Source: Synechococcales cyanobacterium VAR_4_metabat_354 (GTDB taxonomy: Bacteria; Cyanobacteriota; Cyanobacteriia; Cyanobacteriales; Chamaesiphonaceae). From it: a DNA stretch of 64,000 bases. Below the pieces are notes generated by a model, which worked only from the letters and a program-made list of their open reading frames with translations, made no database searches and was not told where the DNA came from. The stretch is from assembly GCA_031414775.1 (NCBI GenBank), contig JANOQI010000046.1, positions 96,001 to 160,000 on the forward strand, in the 5' to 3' direction. Below are positions 18,012-29,348 of this stretch, piece by piece. The stretch's first letter is position 1; each line of letters opens with the position of its first letter. The translations under genes and the position numbers were made by a program.

Positions 18012-19502
18012 TCAACCCGATGACCGCTGGGCGAGAGCCAACCGAGCTTGCTCTCGATCGTCAAAGTGGATTTTTTCGGTGCCAATAATTTGGTAATCTT
18101 CGTGGCCTTTACCGGCAATCAGCACACCATCACCTGGTTGAGCCATTTTGATGGCCAGGGCAATAGCAGCGGCGCGATCGGCAATTACTTTAATTGCCTG
18201 GTCTGCTGGAATTCCAGCCACCACATCCGCCAAGATTTTTTCCGGGTCTTCGGTGCGCGGATTGTCGGAAGTAACCACTACTTGGTCGGCTAATTCAGCG
18301 GCAATCTTGGCCATTTGGGGACGCTTAGTTCGATCGCGATCACCACCACAACCAAATACACAAATCATTTGACCACTAATAAATGGCCGCGCTGCCCGTA
18401 GCAAATTATCTAAGCTATCGGGAGTATGGGCATAATCTACAATCACGCTGATATCCTGGCGATCAGCAATTTTGATCTGTTCCATCCGCCCGGGCACGCC
18501 GGGAAACCTGGCGATAGCGGCCACGATCGGATCTAAATCCATGCCCAGATGCAGTACGCAAGCAATTGCCGCCAGTAGGTTTTCGAGGTTGTAATTACCC
18601 ACCAGTGGTGAAATAAATGATCGATCGCCCATAGGGGTATGTAAAGTTCCAGAGACTCCCGTGGGGCTATAGACCAGATCACTAGTCCACAGGTCGGCTT
18701 GAGAATTTTTGGCACTGTAGCTCCAGACCCGCTCGGCGGGTAATTGGGCAATCAGCTTTTGGCCGTATTCATCGTCGTAGCGAATAATCCCCCGCCCCTT
18801 CAGATATTCGTCACTAAATAACAGAGCTTTGGCCTGAAAATAAGTGGCCATATCATGGTGGTAGTCCAGATGATCTTGAGTGAGATTAGTGAAAATCCCC
18901 ACTTCAAAAGAACAACCTTTAGCTCTTCCCTGATCCAGGGCGTGGGAGCTGACTTCCATCAAGCCGACCGTACAACCAGCTTGGACAGCTTGAGCCAGTT
19001 GCTGATGCAAATCTATCGCAAAAGGAGTAGTATGGGTCGCCACCTTTTCATAACCTGGCCAGCGGGTATAGAGAGTCCCAATCAGCGCGGTAGACTGGTA
19101 ACCAGCTAACAAAAACTCAATTAAGTGGGTCGTGGTCGTTTTGCCATTGGTGCCGGTCACCCCGACCATTTTCAATTTCTGAGCTGGATAATTACAAAAA
19201 GCCGCCGCCAACTCGGCACTGGCTTGGATTAAATCGGTGGCCACCGCAATACAGACATCGCCGGTTGTGGGCTGAACCTGCGCCGCCGCCGTGGAGATCA
19301 CCGCCGCGACAGCACCACTTTCGATCGCACTGGGCCAAAATTCACCTCCATCCACCCGCGTACCAGGCATCCCAATAAACAAATCACCAGCAGTGCAGGC
19401 ATGGGAATTGGTTTGGAGTCCAGTAACCTCTCGATCAAGAGCAGGATGGTTGGGGAGCTGCTTCAAGCTAGTAACTTTATTCAACAGTTCACGTAACTTC
19501 AT
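18012..19502 (-). CDS. murE: UDP-MurNAc-dipeptide:meso-DAP ligase
   Basis: GVTGTNGKTT, MEVSSH, NLTQDHLDYH, DYAHTPD, DNPR (mDAP specificity), AGKGHE. Confidence 0.97.
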   Translation of the reverse strand: MKLRELLNKVTSLKQLPNHPALDREVTGLQTNSHACTAGDLFIGMPGTRVDGGEFWPSAIESGAVAAVISTAAAQVQPTTGDVCIAVATDLIQASAELAAAFCNYPAQKLKMVGVTGTNGKTTTTHLIEFLLAGYQSTALIGTLYTRWPGYEKVATHTTPFAIDLHQQLAQAVQAGCTVGLMEVSSHALDQGRAKGCSFEVGIFTNLTQDHLDYHHDMATYFQAKALLFSDEYLKGRGIIRYDDEYGQKLIAQLPAERVWSYSAKNSQADLWTSDLVYSPTGVSGTLHTPMGDRSFISPLVGNYNLENLLAAIACVLHLGMDLDPIVAAIARFPGVPGRMEQIKIADRQDISVIVDYAHTPDSLDNLLRAARPFISGQMICVFGCGGDRDRTKRPQMAKIAAELADQVVVTSDNPRTEDPEKILADVVAGIPADQAIKVIADRAAAIALAIKMAQPGDGVLIAGKGHEDYQIIGTEKIHFDDREQARLALAQRSSG

Positions 19503-19550
19503 GGGGATACTTTCCTCAATAACCTTGAGCTTATTTTGATATGTCTAAAT

Positions 19551-19814
19551 TCAATTGTCTGATGAATATTTCTCTAGCAGCTGTTGCAATTGCGACAGCG
19601 TCGCCCGTGGTGATGGTCTAGGCAGAGGCTGTTCCTCACCAGCTACCAGTAAATAGAGGACTGGGATTTCGTACTGAAATGCTTCCCACCAGCGGGAATC
19701 GGTGGTGATTTCGCGCACCTCTAGGTCAAAGATTGGAGCGGGAAGCTGCCGGAGCTTGGCTGCCAACCCCTCACAGAGATGACAACCAACTTTGCTGTAA
19801 AGAATCAGATGCAT
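19551..19814 (-). CDS. Glutaredoxin-like protein (DUF836 type)
   Basis: LYSK.GCHLCEG, YEIPVL. Confidence 0.85.
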   Translation of the reverse strand: MHLILYSKVGCHLCEGLAAKLRQLPAPIFDLEVREITTDSRWWEAFQYEIPVLYLLVAGEEQPLPRPSPRATLSQLQQLLEKYSSDN

Positions 19815-19831
19815 AGCAGGTAATTATGTAT

Positions 19832-20965
19832 TTACTTGCCAAAGCCAGGAATCAAACTACCACTCAACTTCTTCAGGGCTTTACCAGCCACATCGGAATA
19901 GCGCAGCTCCCCAGCCAAAATTTTAGCCATAATAACTGTGGCCGAGGGGCGTTTTACACCCACTTTGTAGCCGACCTTCGGAAACTGGTAGAAAGCCGCT
20001 GACACCCGCTGTGCCCACTTCATATCCGCACCCCATTCTTCAGCCATCACTTCGCTGTAGTTGGCGATCGCCTCAGTCCGACCAGCCAGTGCCCCAGTAA
20101 TTGCTTCTGCCGCCTTAATTCCCGAAAAGATCGATGGCCGAATTCCTTCCGCTGTCATTGGATCAACCACACAAGCTGCTTCGCCAGCCAGCACCGCTCG
20201 ATCGGTATGTAGCTTTTGATCGCCGTCCCACAGACAGAGGGGATGGATGTATTGCTTGGCCGTGCTGAGATCAATGTTGAACATGCTTTGAGCGTAGTTC
20301 TCAATAATTTTTTTCAAATCTTGGCCTTCGCCACCTCGGAAAGTACCGATGCCGATCGAATAACCATTATCTTTAGGGAAATTCCAAATGTAGCCATTCT
20401 TGACCATCCCAAATTCAAAATTAATCACTGGCGACACATTCTCAGCCATGCCCTCTAACTCTAACGCCCCTGCCAATCGCCGTTTTCGATCCTTAAAGCC
20501 CAAAAACTTGGCCATTGGCCCTTTAGCGCCATCGGCAGCAATCAAATACTTGCCACTGACCGTGCCGTTACTGGTGCTAACCTGCCAGGTTTCACCCACC
20601 AGTTCCGCCCCAGTTACCTCGGTACCATCCATCAATTCGGCTCCTTGACCTTGAGCTTTTTGAATTAGGAAGTGATCAAAAACATCCCGCCGCACCATCC
20701 AGATCGGTTCAGTCCCAGCTAGCTGGGCTTCCACTTCATCGGACATGTCCCAGGTGTAGCGCAGGACATCGACCTTGGTCGAAATAGCCGGACTAAAATC
20801 GAAATCAAACCATTTAGCAACAATCGGCGAAACACCACCGCCACAAGGCTTATAGCGGGGAAGAGTTTCTTTCTCAATGATTACAACTTTGTGCCCCTGC
20901 TTAGCGAGATGATACGCTGCCGCACCTCCAGCTGGGCCAGAACCCACCACAATACAATCAAACAT
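19832..20965 (-). CDS. Geranylgeranyl-reductase-family FAD oxidoreductase
   Basis: GSGPAG, PRYKPCGGG, ADGA, GYIWNFPK, GEAA..VDP.TAEGI. Confidence 0.9.
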   Translation of the reverse strand: MFDCIVVGSGPAGGAAAYHLAKQGHKVVIIEKETLPRYKPCGGGVSPIVAKWFDFDFSPAISTKVDVLRYTWDMSDEVEAQLAGTEPIWMVRRDVFDHFLIQKAQGQGAELMDGTEVTGAELVGETWQVSTSNGTVSGKYLIAADGAKGPMAKFLGFKDRKRRLAGALELEGMAENVSPVINFEFGMVKNGYIWNFPKDNGYSIGIGTFRGGEGQDLKKIIENYAQSMFNIDLSTAKQYIHPLCLWDGDQKLHTDRAVLAGEAACVVDPMTAEGIRPSIFSGIKAAEAITGALAGRTEAIANYSEVMAEEWGADMKWAQRVSAAFYQFPKVGYKVGVKRPSATVIMAKILAGELRYSDVAGKALKKLSGSLIPGFGK

Positions 20966-21046
20966 TGCCGATAATCTCCTGGAGCTAAATCGTTACTATC
21001 TTAGCAAGACCTTTTCTTTTAAAGCATTGCTACCCGCTTATTGAGC

Positions 21047-22337
<1,291 letters not shown>

Positions 22338-22492
22338 TCAAGATACCAGAGATTCGGTACTGACGGCTGAGTGGGATTTTTTTGGTGTGCTTTAATTGGT
22401 TAACTAGAAATTTAGTTAATAGGGATCGATCACCGTCCGGCTTTGTCGTACTGTTGTCGTCATAAGTACTGTTCGTAATGCCCTTTTAACCA

Positions 22493-23296
22493 ATGTCCTT
22501 TCACACCAGCGGTGTCAGCCAAGCGATTGTCCACACTATTGATTCTCAATTTTTCACCTACCAACCACCAGCCGCTGCCCACCACGCCCAACGCATTCTA
22601 GTCAAACCTAATCTCGGCTACCCCGTGGCTCACCCTGTCACCGTCAGCATCCCAATTCTTAAAGCGATTCTCATGGCTCTCCGCCAAGCCAGCCCCCAGG
22701 CAGAAATCTTGATCGTTGAAGGAGTCTGTTCCCCCGTCAGCCTGCCAGATATTGCCAGCAAACTTGGTCTCCATAGCATGTTGGATGAAGGAATGCAGCT
22801 CTTCGATGCTGACACTCTGCCAATGATCGAATATCCCAACCTATCGCCAAAACCAGTGCGCTTCCAGACCATGTGGGCACCAGCCCTGCTCCAAGAAGTT
22901 GATTGCCGAATTAGCGTCGGCACCTTCAAACGCACAATCCTCAAGGATGAAGCCCTAATTTCGGCATCGCTAAAAAACCTGTATGGCTTGTTTCCTCGAT
23001 CGCATTACCAAGCCCGTAGCCCTAACTCCCGTGGTCAACTCCATCGACCCTCGGTTCCTCAGGTCTTGCAAGATGTCTATTTTTGTGTTGGGCATTTATT
23101 TGACGGTGCCGTAGTCGATGCCCATCAACGCTTACTTAGCCCCGGCTGGCAGCCAGACAAAGGCCAAAAAATCGACTTTGGCAAGGTATTTTATGGAGAT
23201 GATTTGGTGACTGTCGATCGAACGGCTTGTGCTGCTGCTGGCGAAAAAATTCCAGATTACATTGATGAGATCGAACAATTACGTTTACGCTTGTAA
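22493..23296 (+). CDS. DUF362 domain protein
   Basis: ILVKPNL, ILIVEG, SASLKNLYG, D.V.VD. Confidence 0.8.
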   Translation: MSFHTSGVSQAIVHTIDSQFFTYQPPAAAHHAQRILVKPNLGYPVAHPVTVSIPILKAILMALRQASPQAEILIVEGVCSPVSLPDIASKLGLHSMLDEGMQLFDADTLPMIEYPNLSPKPVRFQTMWAPALLQEVDCRISVGTFKRTILKDEALISASLKNLYGLFPRSHYQARSPNSRGQLHRPSVPQVLQDVYFCVGHLFDGAVVDAHQRLLSPGWQPDKGQKIDFGKVFYGDDLVTVDRTACAAAGEKIPDYIDEIEQLRLRL

Positions 23297-25459
23297 CCGC
23301 TCCTGTAAGCGCGTGTTGCGGCGGACTGACTTAGTACTATTCACGGCCTGTTGCATGGCTCGTTCCTCACCAACCAATATCACTAGATGACGACCTCTGG
23401 TGATCGCTGTATACAGCAAGTTGCGTTGCAACATCATGCTGTGCTGAGTACTGATCGGAATCACCACCACTGGAAACTCCGATCCTTGGCTCTTGTGAAT
23501 AGTAATCGAATAGGCCAACATCACATTATCCAGCTGGGCAAAGCTATATTCAATCAGCTTGCCAGCGGGTTCCTGCCAATCGGGATAACGGATCTGGGTG
23601 ATTATTTCCTCATCTTTAGTGGCGATCGATTCTACCACCCCAATATCACCATTAAAGACCAACTGGGTATAGTCATTACTGGTTTGAATCACTCGATCGC
23701 CAACTCTAAATTGTTTGATTTTCCGCTGACCAGGTACCTCTGGATTCCAGAGTTTTTGCACCAATTGATTGGTGGCAATATTGCCGCTATCAGACTTGTG
23801 CATTGGCGCTAGATACTGAACATCCGCCGGGGCATAACCCAATTGGGGCAGTTTTTCTTGGAACAACCATTCGATCGCTTTCGGAATGATCGCCGAGTTG
23901 CATTTCAGCCACAGACAATCCGTTTCAAATTTTTCGGTAACTTTGGTAATTACTTCCAACGCGGGCATTTGACCAGCATTAATCGCATAAGAACATTGGG
24001 TAATTTTAGAAGCAGCAGCTTGCCGAAACACCTCGGTCAGTTCCGCCACCGGAAACACCCGCGATTGAATCATGTCGCGCAGCACGTTCCCCGCCGCAAT
24101 CGAGGGTAACTGATTCACATCGCCAATTAGCAATACCTGGGCTGACAGCGGCATGGCCGCAATCAAAGAGTCGGCGATCGATAGATCCAACATCGAAGTT
24201 TCATCAATAATAAAACAGTCCCCCTCTAACGGATAGCGACTATTGTGACTAAAGCCACTCCCCGTCCAACCCAATAGCCGGTGAATAGTTTGCGCCTCTA
24301 AGCCAGTACTTTCTTGAATCCGCAGCGCAGCTTTACCAGTAGGTGCACAAGCGACCACCCGGCGTTTTTGATCGAGCCAGAATTGGACAATCGCTTTAGC
24401 AGTAGCCGTCTTACCCACCCCCGCACCGCCCGTCATAATCGTCACGCCTTGGGTCGCCGCCATCACCAATGCGGCTTTTTGCCCCGCCGCTAGCTCGATA
24501 TTGTTGTCGGTTTCGTAATCTGTGATCCAAGCATCCAGGTCGGTCTTTAGCTCAAAGCTACCGCACAAACCTTGCAGATTATCGGCTAACCGACATTCGG
24601 CCTGGTGGGCGCGGTATAGATAAACATCTTCCGACTCCACTACTAACTTTCGCCGTTCCGGAGCAGTGGCTGCACACAAAGATTTGATATGAGCGGCAAT
24701 GGACTCAGTAGTCGGTTGATGACTGGGTAGTCTTAAGACATCCGCACAAATTCGGATGAGCACTACTTGCGGTAAATAACAATGCCCCTGCTGCTGGGCG
24801 GCTTGGCGCAGGGTATCGGCAATTGCTGCTTGGTAACGAGCTGCGCTATTAATCGCAATTCCCGTCTTTAGGGCAATGTCATCGGCTCGCTTAAAGCCAA
24901 AGCCCCGCACCCGCTCTATTAAAACGTAGGGATCTTCTTTGATGGTTGCGATCGACTCATCCCCAAATTCGCGGTAAATTTTAGCCGCATAGGTCGCCGA
25001 AATTCCCAAACCAGCCAAAAAAGCAATCAGGTGTTGCAGCTTGCGGCTCTCAGAATAGGACTGCACCATTTTATCTAGTTTATTGATGGTGATGCCACTC
25101 ACTTCCAGCAACCGTTCTGGCTCGCGCTCCAGAATCTGGAAGGTATCATCACCAAAATGATCAACCATCCGCGCCGCCATTTTTTTGCCAATACCTTGGA
25201 GCGTGATCAAAAATCCAATCACCGACTCCCGCCCCACCGGTTCCGCGATCCGATAACTGGTGAAATTGAACTGGTTGCCATAACTGGGATGCTGCCGCCA
25301 ATCGCCATAAAGAGTCACTGCCAAGTCTTTTTGGGGGGCGGGCATCACGCCTACGGCTTTAAAAGATTGAAAATCGGCGTCAGCCATCTGGATCACCACG
25401 TAGTGATCATCACTATTTTGATGCATGACTTGAGCGATCGTCCCGTTGATTTCGGCCAT
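23285..25459 (-). CDS. recD2: RecD2-type SF1B DNA helicase
   Basis: H..YG.QF N-terminus, HhH GIG/GFGFK.AD, GGAGVGKT, APTGKAA, TIHRLL, DETSM, GD.NQLPS, FRQ, FNGDIG, TIHKSQGSEF, LLYTAITR. Confidence 0.93.
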   Translation of the reverse strand: MAEINGTIAQVMHQNSDDHYVVIQMADADFQSFKAVGVMPAPQKDLAVTLYGDWRQHPSYGNQFNFTSYRIAEPVGRESVIGFLITLQGIGKKMAARMVDHFGDDTFQILEREPERLLEVSGITINKLDKMVQSYSESRKLQHLIAFLAGLGISATYAAKIYREFGDESIATIKEDPYVLIERVRGFGFKRADDIALKTGIAINSAARYQAAIADTLRQAAQQQGHCYLPQVVLIRICADVLRLPSHQPTTESIAAHIKSLCAATAPERRKLVVESEDVYLYRAHQAECRLADNLQGLCGSFELKTDLDAWITDYETDNNIELAAGQKAALVMAATQGVTIMTGGAGVGKTATAKAIVQFWLDQKRRVVACAPTGKAALRIQESTGLEAQTIHRLLGWTGSGFSHNSRYPLEGDCFIIDETSMLDLSIADSLIAAMPLSAQVLLIGDVNQLPSIAAGNVLRDMIQSRVFPVAELTEVFRQAAASKITQCSYAINAGQMPALEVITKVTEKFETDCLWLKCNSAIIPKAIEWLFQEKLPQLGYAPADVQYLAPMHKSDSGNIATNQLVQKLWNPEVPGQRKIKQFRVGDRVIQTSNDYTQLVFNGDIGVVESIATKDEEIITQIRYPDWQEPAGKLIEYSFAQLDNVMLAYSITIHKSQGSEFPVVVIPISTQHSMMLQRNLLYTAITRGRHLVILVGEERAMQQAVNSTKSVRRNTRLQERLQA

Positions 25460-25487
25460 GACCCGTGGGAAGCAAGGATGCTGGCCA

Positions 25488-26729
25488 TTATACTTTCAAG
25501 TTGACCGTCGTGAAGCCCTGTCGGAGGGTTTGCTGCCGGATCAACCACGATTTTTTGATGCGCTGGCCAATTACTGGCGCTAACTGCCTGACGAGCTGCC
25601 GCAAGAGCGGGTATTTTCGCAGCAACTGAGCCTGCCCCATTTCGGCCTGTTGGAGAGCTTGTATTTGCAAAATTTCTGGCTCTCGATCGGCTTGAATTTG
25701 AGGTAGTAGTCGATCGATCTCTATCCCACTCAAATTGTTTTGCAGAGCTGGCACCAGATAATTAGCCGCCACAATCACATCCCGCAGCGCCATATTAATG
25801 CCCTGAGCGCGGATCGGCGACATCGGATGGGCAGCATCGCCCAACAGTAATAAACCCTGGGTATGCCAACGAGGGCAATAACCAACTAATACCGATAGCA
25901 GCACTGGTCTCTCGATCGAGGCTGCTGCCGACCGAAAATGAGCAGCCAACCAAGGGGGAGCAGCAGTGGCTAAAATCTCCGGCCAGTCGGCATTTTTCCA
26001 ATCGATCGGATCATCGGCATGTAAGCTCCAACCCACTTGCAATTGACCAGTAGCACTCCGAAATACCCCAAAGGAATGTTGACCACGAACGAACGAATAG
26101 AATACATTCTCCATCGTTGGCAAATCCGCCATCTTGAACCACAAAATATCAAAATCTTGGGGCTGTTCTATCAATGGCAAATTAGCCTGCGCCCGGACTT
26201 GAGAATTCTGGCCATCGCAGCCAATCACTAAATCGGCGGTCAGGGTTCGATTTCCCGACAATTTCACTCCCACCACCCGATTCTTTTGCGTCCTTCGGGC
26301 AGGCTCAGCCAACAGAGATGCTTCGTTCCCGCCATCCCACCACAAATCCTGCACCGCAGTACCAGCCAGAAATTCAAAATTTGGATAGGCACTAGCTTGA
26401 GCTATTAACTTTGGGAGTAGAGCCGGTTGTGAAACCAGAGTACAAGGCTGACCACCAGCTTCCATCGGTTCATCTACTCGAAATAGCGACTGGTTTTCAA
26501 TAAATACTTCCCAGGCAGCTAAAGACTGGTGCGGAATACTAGTTATCATCTCCGCTAAACCCATTTGACTCAGAGCACCCCAACCATTGGGCATCAGTGC
26601 CTCCCCGCGAAAGATTCGTTGAGATTTGGTGGCGGCTTCGATAAGCTGCACCTTGATGCCACGTCGAGCGAGTAACAGCGATAGAGTGACCCCGGTCGGG
26701 CCAGCACCAACAACAATAACTTGAGCCAT
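25488..26729 (-). CDS. FAD-dependent monooxygenase/oxidoreductase
   Basis: GAGPTG, IGCDG..S.VR, GDAAHPMSPIRAQGINMALRD. Confidence 0.9.
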   Translation of the reverse strand: MAQVIVVGAGPTGVTLSLLLARRGIKVQLIEAATKSQRIFRGEALMPNGWGALSQMGLAEMITSIPHQSLAAWEVFIENQSLFRVDEPMEAGGQPCTLVSQPALLPKLIAQASAYPNFEFLAGTAVQDLWWDGGNEASLLAEPARRTQKNRVVGVKLSGNRTLTADLVIGCDGQNSQVRAQANLPLIEQPQDFDILWFKMADLPTMENVFYSFVRGQHSFGVFRSATGQLQVGWSLHADDPIDWKNADWPEILATAAPPWLAAHFRSAAASIERPVLLSVLVGYCPRWHTQGLLLLGDAAHPMSPIRAQGINMALRDVIVAANYLVPALQNNLSGIEIDRLLPQIQADREPEILQIQALQQAEMGQAQLLRKYPLLRQLVRQLAPVIGQRIKKSWLIRQQTLRQGFTTVNLKV

Positions 26730-26923
26730 TGTGAATATTAGAAGATCATCCCTACTCTAGAATGAATGCTAGTCATTCTCAACCTTACACTGGTTGCCGC
26801 CTGACTGCCGGACACAATTAGTTCAAAACTAGAACTAAAGACAAAGATGGAAAATCAGGGAGAAGTTTATGAGAAGCTGGAGTTTACGACAAAACCTACT
26901 CCTCATGAAATCTCCTACCCCCA

Positions 26924-27109
26924 TCTATAGAACCCATTTGGTGTCTTTTATTGCAATGCAAGGGATTCACGAAAGTCGTTTTAATCAACCCAGCAGCCAA
27001 AGGGGTTAAACAGCTGAGGAATTATGAGAATTTGCTGCAAGGGATAATGAGATCCATGTGGGCAAAGAGCTTCTAAGCAAGGAATTAGATACCAAATGGG
27101 TTCTATAGA
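26924..27109. mobile_element. MITE-like element, 186 bp, with 23-bp terminal inverted repeats
   Basis: TCTATAGAACCCATTTGGTGTCT (26924-26946) vs AGATACCAAATGGGTTCTATAGA (27087-27109), one mismatch; non-coding interior. Confidence 0.75.
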
Positions 27110-27218
27110 AATTGAAGACGGAGATTAAGATTTAATTTGATTGCTGGAATTTAAAATTATAAGATTTCCTCATCATCCAAACAGGTGATTATTTGAGACT
27201 TTTGCAAGAGATCTATTG

Positions 27219-27468
27219 ATTAAATAAGTGTGTAATATCGAACGCTTTTATGTGTGGGATGAACAAGCTATTCGCAATCATTTGTTCTGTGCGTTGAGTG
27301 CTTTTTACAAGCTGCAAACGATGTGCATTAAGGGGATGATCAACAATTGCTATGAGATATCGCGCCAACTGTTTATACCGGTCATTCGTCAGTTTATTCT
27401 GGATAACTTGACCGAATTTATATTTTTCTCTCAGCATTAGGGTACTTTTGTCAATGCATAACTTCTAT
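27219..27468 (+). pseudogene. IS701-family transposase C-terminal remnant with right end
   Basis: IK*VCNIERF.V.DEQAIRNH.FCAL...NCY...R.LF..VIR.FI; ends in GTCAATGCATAACTTCTA, resembling IS701-type termini. Confidence 0.7.
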
Positions 27469-27560
27469 GATTATCAATATGACTCTGGGTATGTTCCTGG
27501 ATATTTTTCAGTCTGATATGGTAGAGGGATGAAATCTAATAATTTAGAGAATTTAAATCC

Positions 27561-28385
27561 ATGCCCAAGCTCGAAGATAATAAAACAAGATGGGATGGTG
27601 AATATCATTGGCGCGATCAAGGTGATGAGTGGTCAGCCTTATGGGGCGATCCCTCGATGCAGTGGCATGGTACCATCCTGCCCAGAATCAAGGCACACAT
27701 TCCAGCTAATCGGATAGTAGAAATTGCCTGTGGTTATGGCCGCTGGACACAATACCTCAAAGATCTTTGTCAAAATCTAATTGCGATCGATCTTTCCGAG
27801 GAATGTATTAAAGCCAGCCAACAACGCTTTGCCGATTGCTCAAATATCGAATACCACGTCAATGATGGCCGATCGCTGGATATGATCCCAGATTCTTCAG
27901 TGGATTTTGTGTTCAGTTTTGATTCGCTGGTTCATGCCGATGAATCCGTGATCAACGCTTACCTGTGTCAATTCAAAAGAATACTGACTAAAGATGGCGT
28001 GGCTTTCATTCACCATTCCAATTTTGGTGAATACGCTCCGGTCTATGCCAAAATTCGCGATGTACCTAATCTCGAAGAAATTTTGATCCAGTCGGACATC
28101 CTGGAGCAGTCTACCCACTGGCGAGATGCTAGTGTCGATGCCCAAAAGGTCGAAACGTTGGCTACCAAAAATGGTTTGAGCTGCATCAGCCAAGAAATCG
28201 TCCCTTGGTCAACCAAGAAAATGTTTATTGATTGCATGTCTACGATCGTCAAAAACGATTCATCACTGGCTAGGACTAACCGCGTCTTGAGAAATGCCAA
28301 TTTTATGGAAGAAGCCCATAATCTCTTGCAGCTTTCTCGGCTATATGATGCAGGCCAGGACTTAAAGGAGGCTAATCGATTATGA
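27561..28385 (+). CDS. Class I SAM-dependent methyltransferase
   Basis: VEIACGYGRWT, AIDLS, DFVFSFDSLVH, RIL...GVAFIHH. Confidence 0.9.
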   Translation: MPKLEDNKTRWDGEYHWRDQGDEWSALWGDPSMQWHGTILPRIKAHIPANRIVEIACGYGRWTQYLKDLCQNLIAIDLSEECIKASQQRFADCSNIEYHVNDGRSLDMIPDSSVDFVFSFDSLVHADESVINAYLCQFKRILTKDGVAFIHHSNFGEYAPVYAKIRDVPNLEEILIQSDILEQSTHWRDASVDAQKVETLATKNGLSCISQEIVPWSTKKMFIDCMSTIVKNDSSLARTNRVLRNANFMEEAHNLLQLSRLYDAGQDLKEANRL

Positions 28386-28418
28386 TCAAAAAGAATTTTT
28401 TCTGCCCAGGGTAATTCG

Positions 28419-29339
28419 GTGCAACTAAAAAACGTAATTATTGCCCACAAAGCACACGACCAGTTTAGCCGGAGCTTCGCTGAGAAATCGGCCAAAGAAC
28501 TAGAAACATTGGGCTGCAAGGTGATGATGGGACCGAGTGGCGCTAAGGATAATCCTTTTCCGGTCTTCTTAGCCTCTACCCATGAACCGATCGATCTCGC
28601 TATCATCTTCGGTGGCGATGGCACTGCCTTAGCTGCTGCTCGGCAAGTTTCCCCCGATGGCATTCCCATCTTGGCAATCAATGCTGGTGGCCACCTGGGG
28701 TTTTTGACCGAATCCTTAGATTTCATGGATGACTCCATGAGTATCTGGGAGCGGCTGACCAGCGACAGATTTGCGATCGAACGGCGGATGATGCTCCAGG
28801 CCACTGTATATGAAGGTGATTCTAGTAACCGCGAACCAGTCAGCGACACCTTTTTGGCCTTAAACGAAATGTGTATCAAACCGGCCGCCGCCGATCGAAT
28901 GCTCACCTCGATTCTGGAAATGGAAATTGACGGTGAAGTTGTTGATCAATATCAAGGTGACGGCCTGGTAATTTCTACGCCCACTGGTTCCACCTGCTAT
29001 AACCTTTCGGCCAACGGTCCGATCGTCCATTCTGGCATGGAGGCAATTAGCGTTACCCCGATCTGTCCGCTCAGTTTATCGAGCCGTCCGATCGTCATTC
29101 CGCCTGGTGCGATGGTGGGGGTGTGGGCGCTGGGCGACTATGAGTTAAACACCAAGCTGTGGATGGATGGTGTGATGGCCACGGCCATCTGGCCAGGGCA
29201 TCGGGTGGAAGTGCGCAAGGCCGACTGCCAAGCCCAATTTATTATCCTGCGCGAAGACTATTCTTACTATCGCACTCTGCGCGATAAGCTGCTGTGGGCA
29301 GGGGCACGGATTCGTTACAACAATCACCATCGTAACTAG
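28419..29339 (+). CDS. nadK: NAD(+) kinase
   Basis: GGDGT, GHLGFL, ALNE, GDGL..STPTGST.Y.LSANGP. Confidence 0.95.
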   Translation: MQLKNVIIAHKAHDQFSRSFAEKSAKELETLGCKVMMGPSGAKDNPFPVFLASTHEPIDLAIIFGGDGTALAAARQVSPDGIPILAINAGGHLGFLTESLDFMDDSMSIWERLTSDRFAIERRMMLQATVYEGDSSNREPVSDTFLALNEMCIKPAAADRMLTSILEMEIDGEVVDQYQGDGLVISTPTGSTCYNLSANGPIVHSGMEAISVTPICPLSLSSRPIVIPPGAMVGVWALGDYELNTKLWMDGVMATAIWPGHRVEVRKADCQAQFIILREDYSYYRTLRDKLLWAGARIRYNNHHRN

Positions 29340-29348
29340 GATGAATCC

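Noticed and set aside
18011..18118. N-terminal extension of the kinase-like ORF overlapping murE
   Set aside because: An in-frame ATG at 18010 directly after the murE stop is the more plausible start
28043..28906. 287-aa antisense ORF spanning the methyltransferase and nadK genes
   Set aside because: Shadow frame of two genuine plus-strand genes; no motifs
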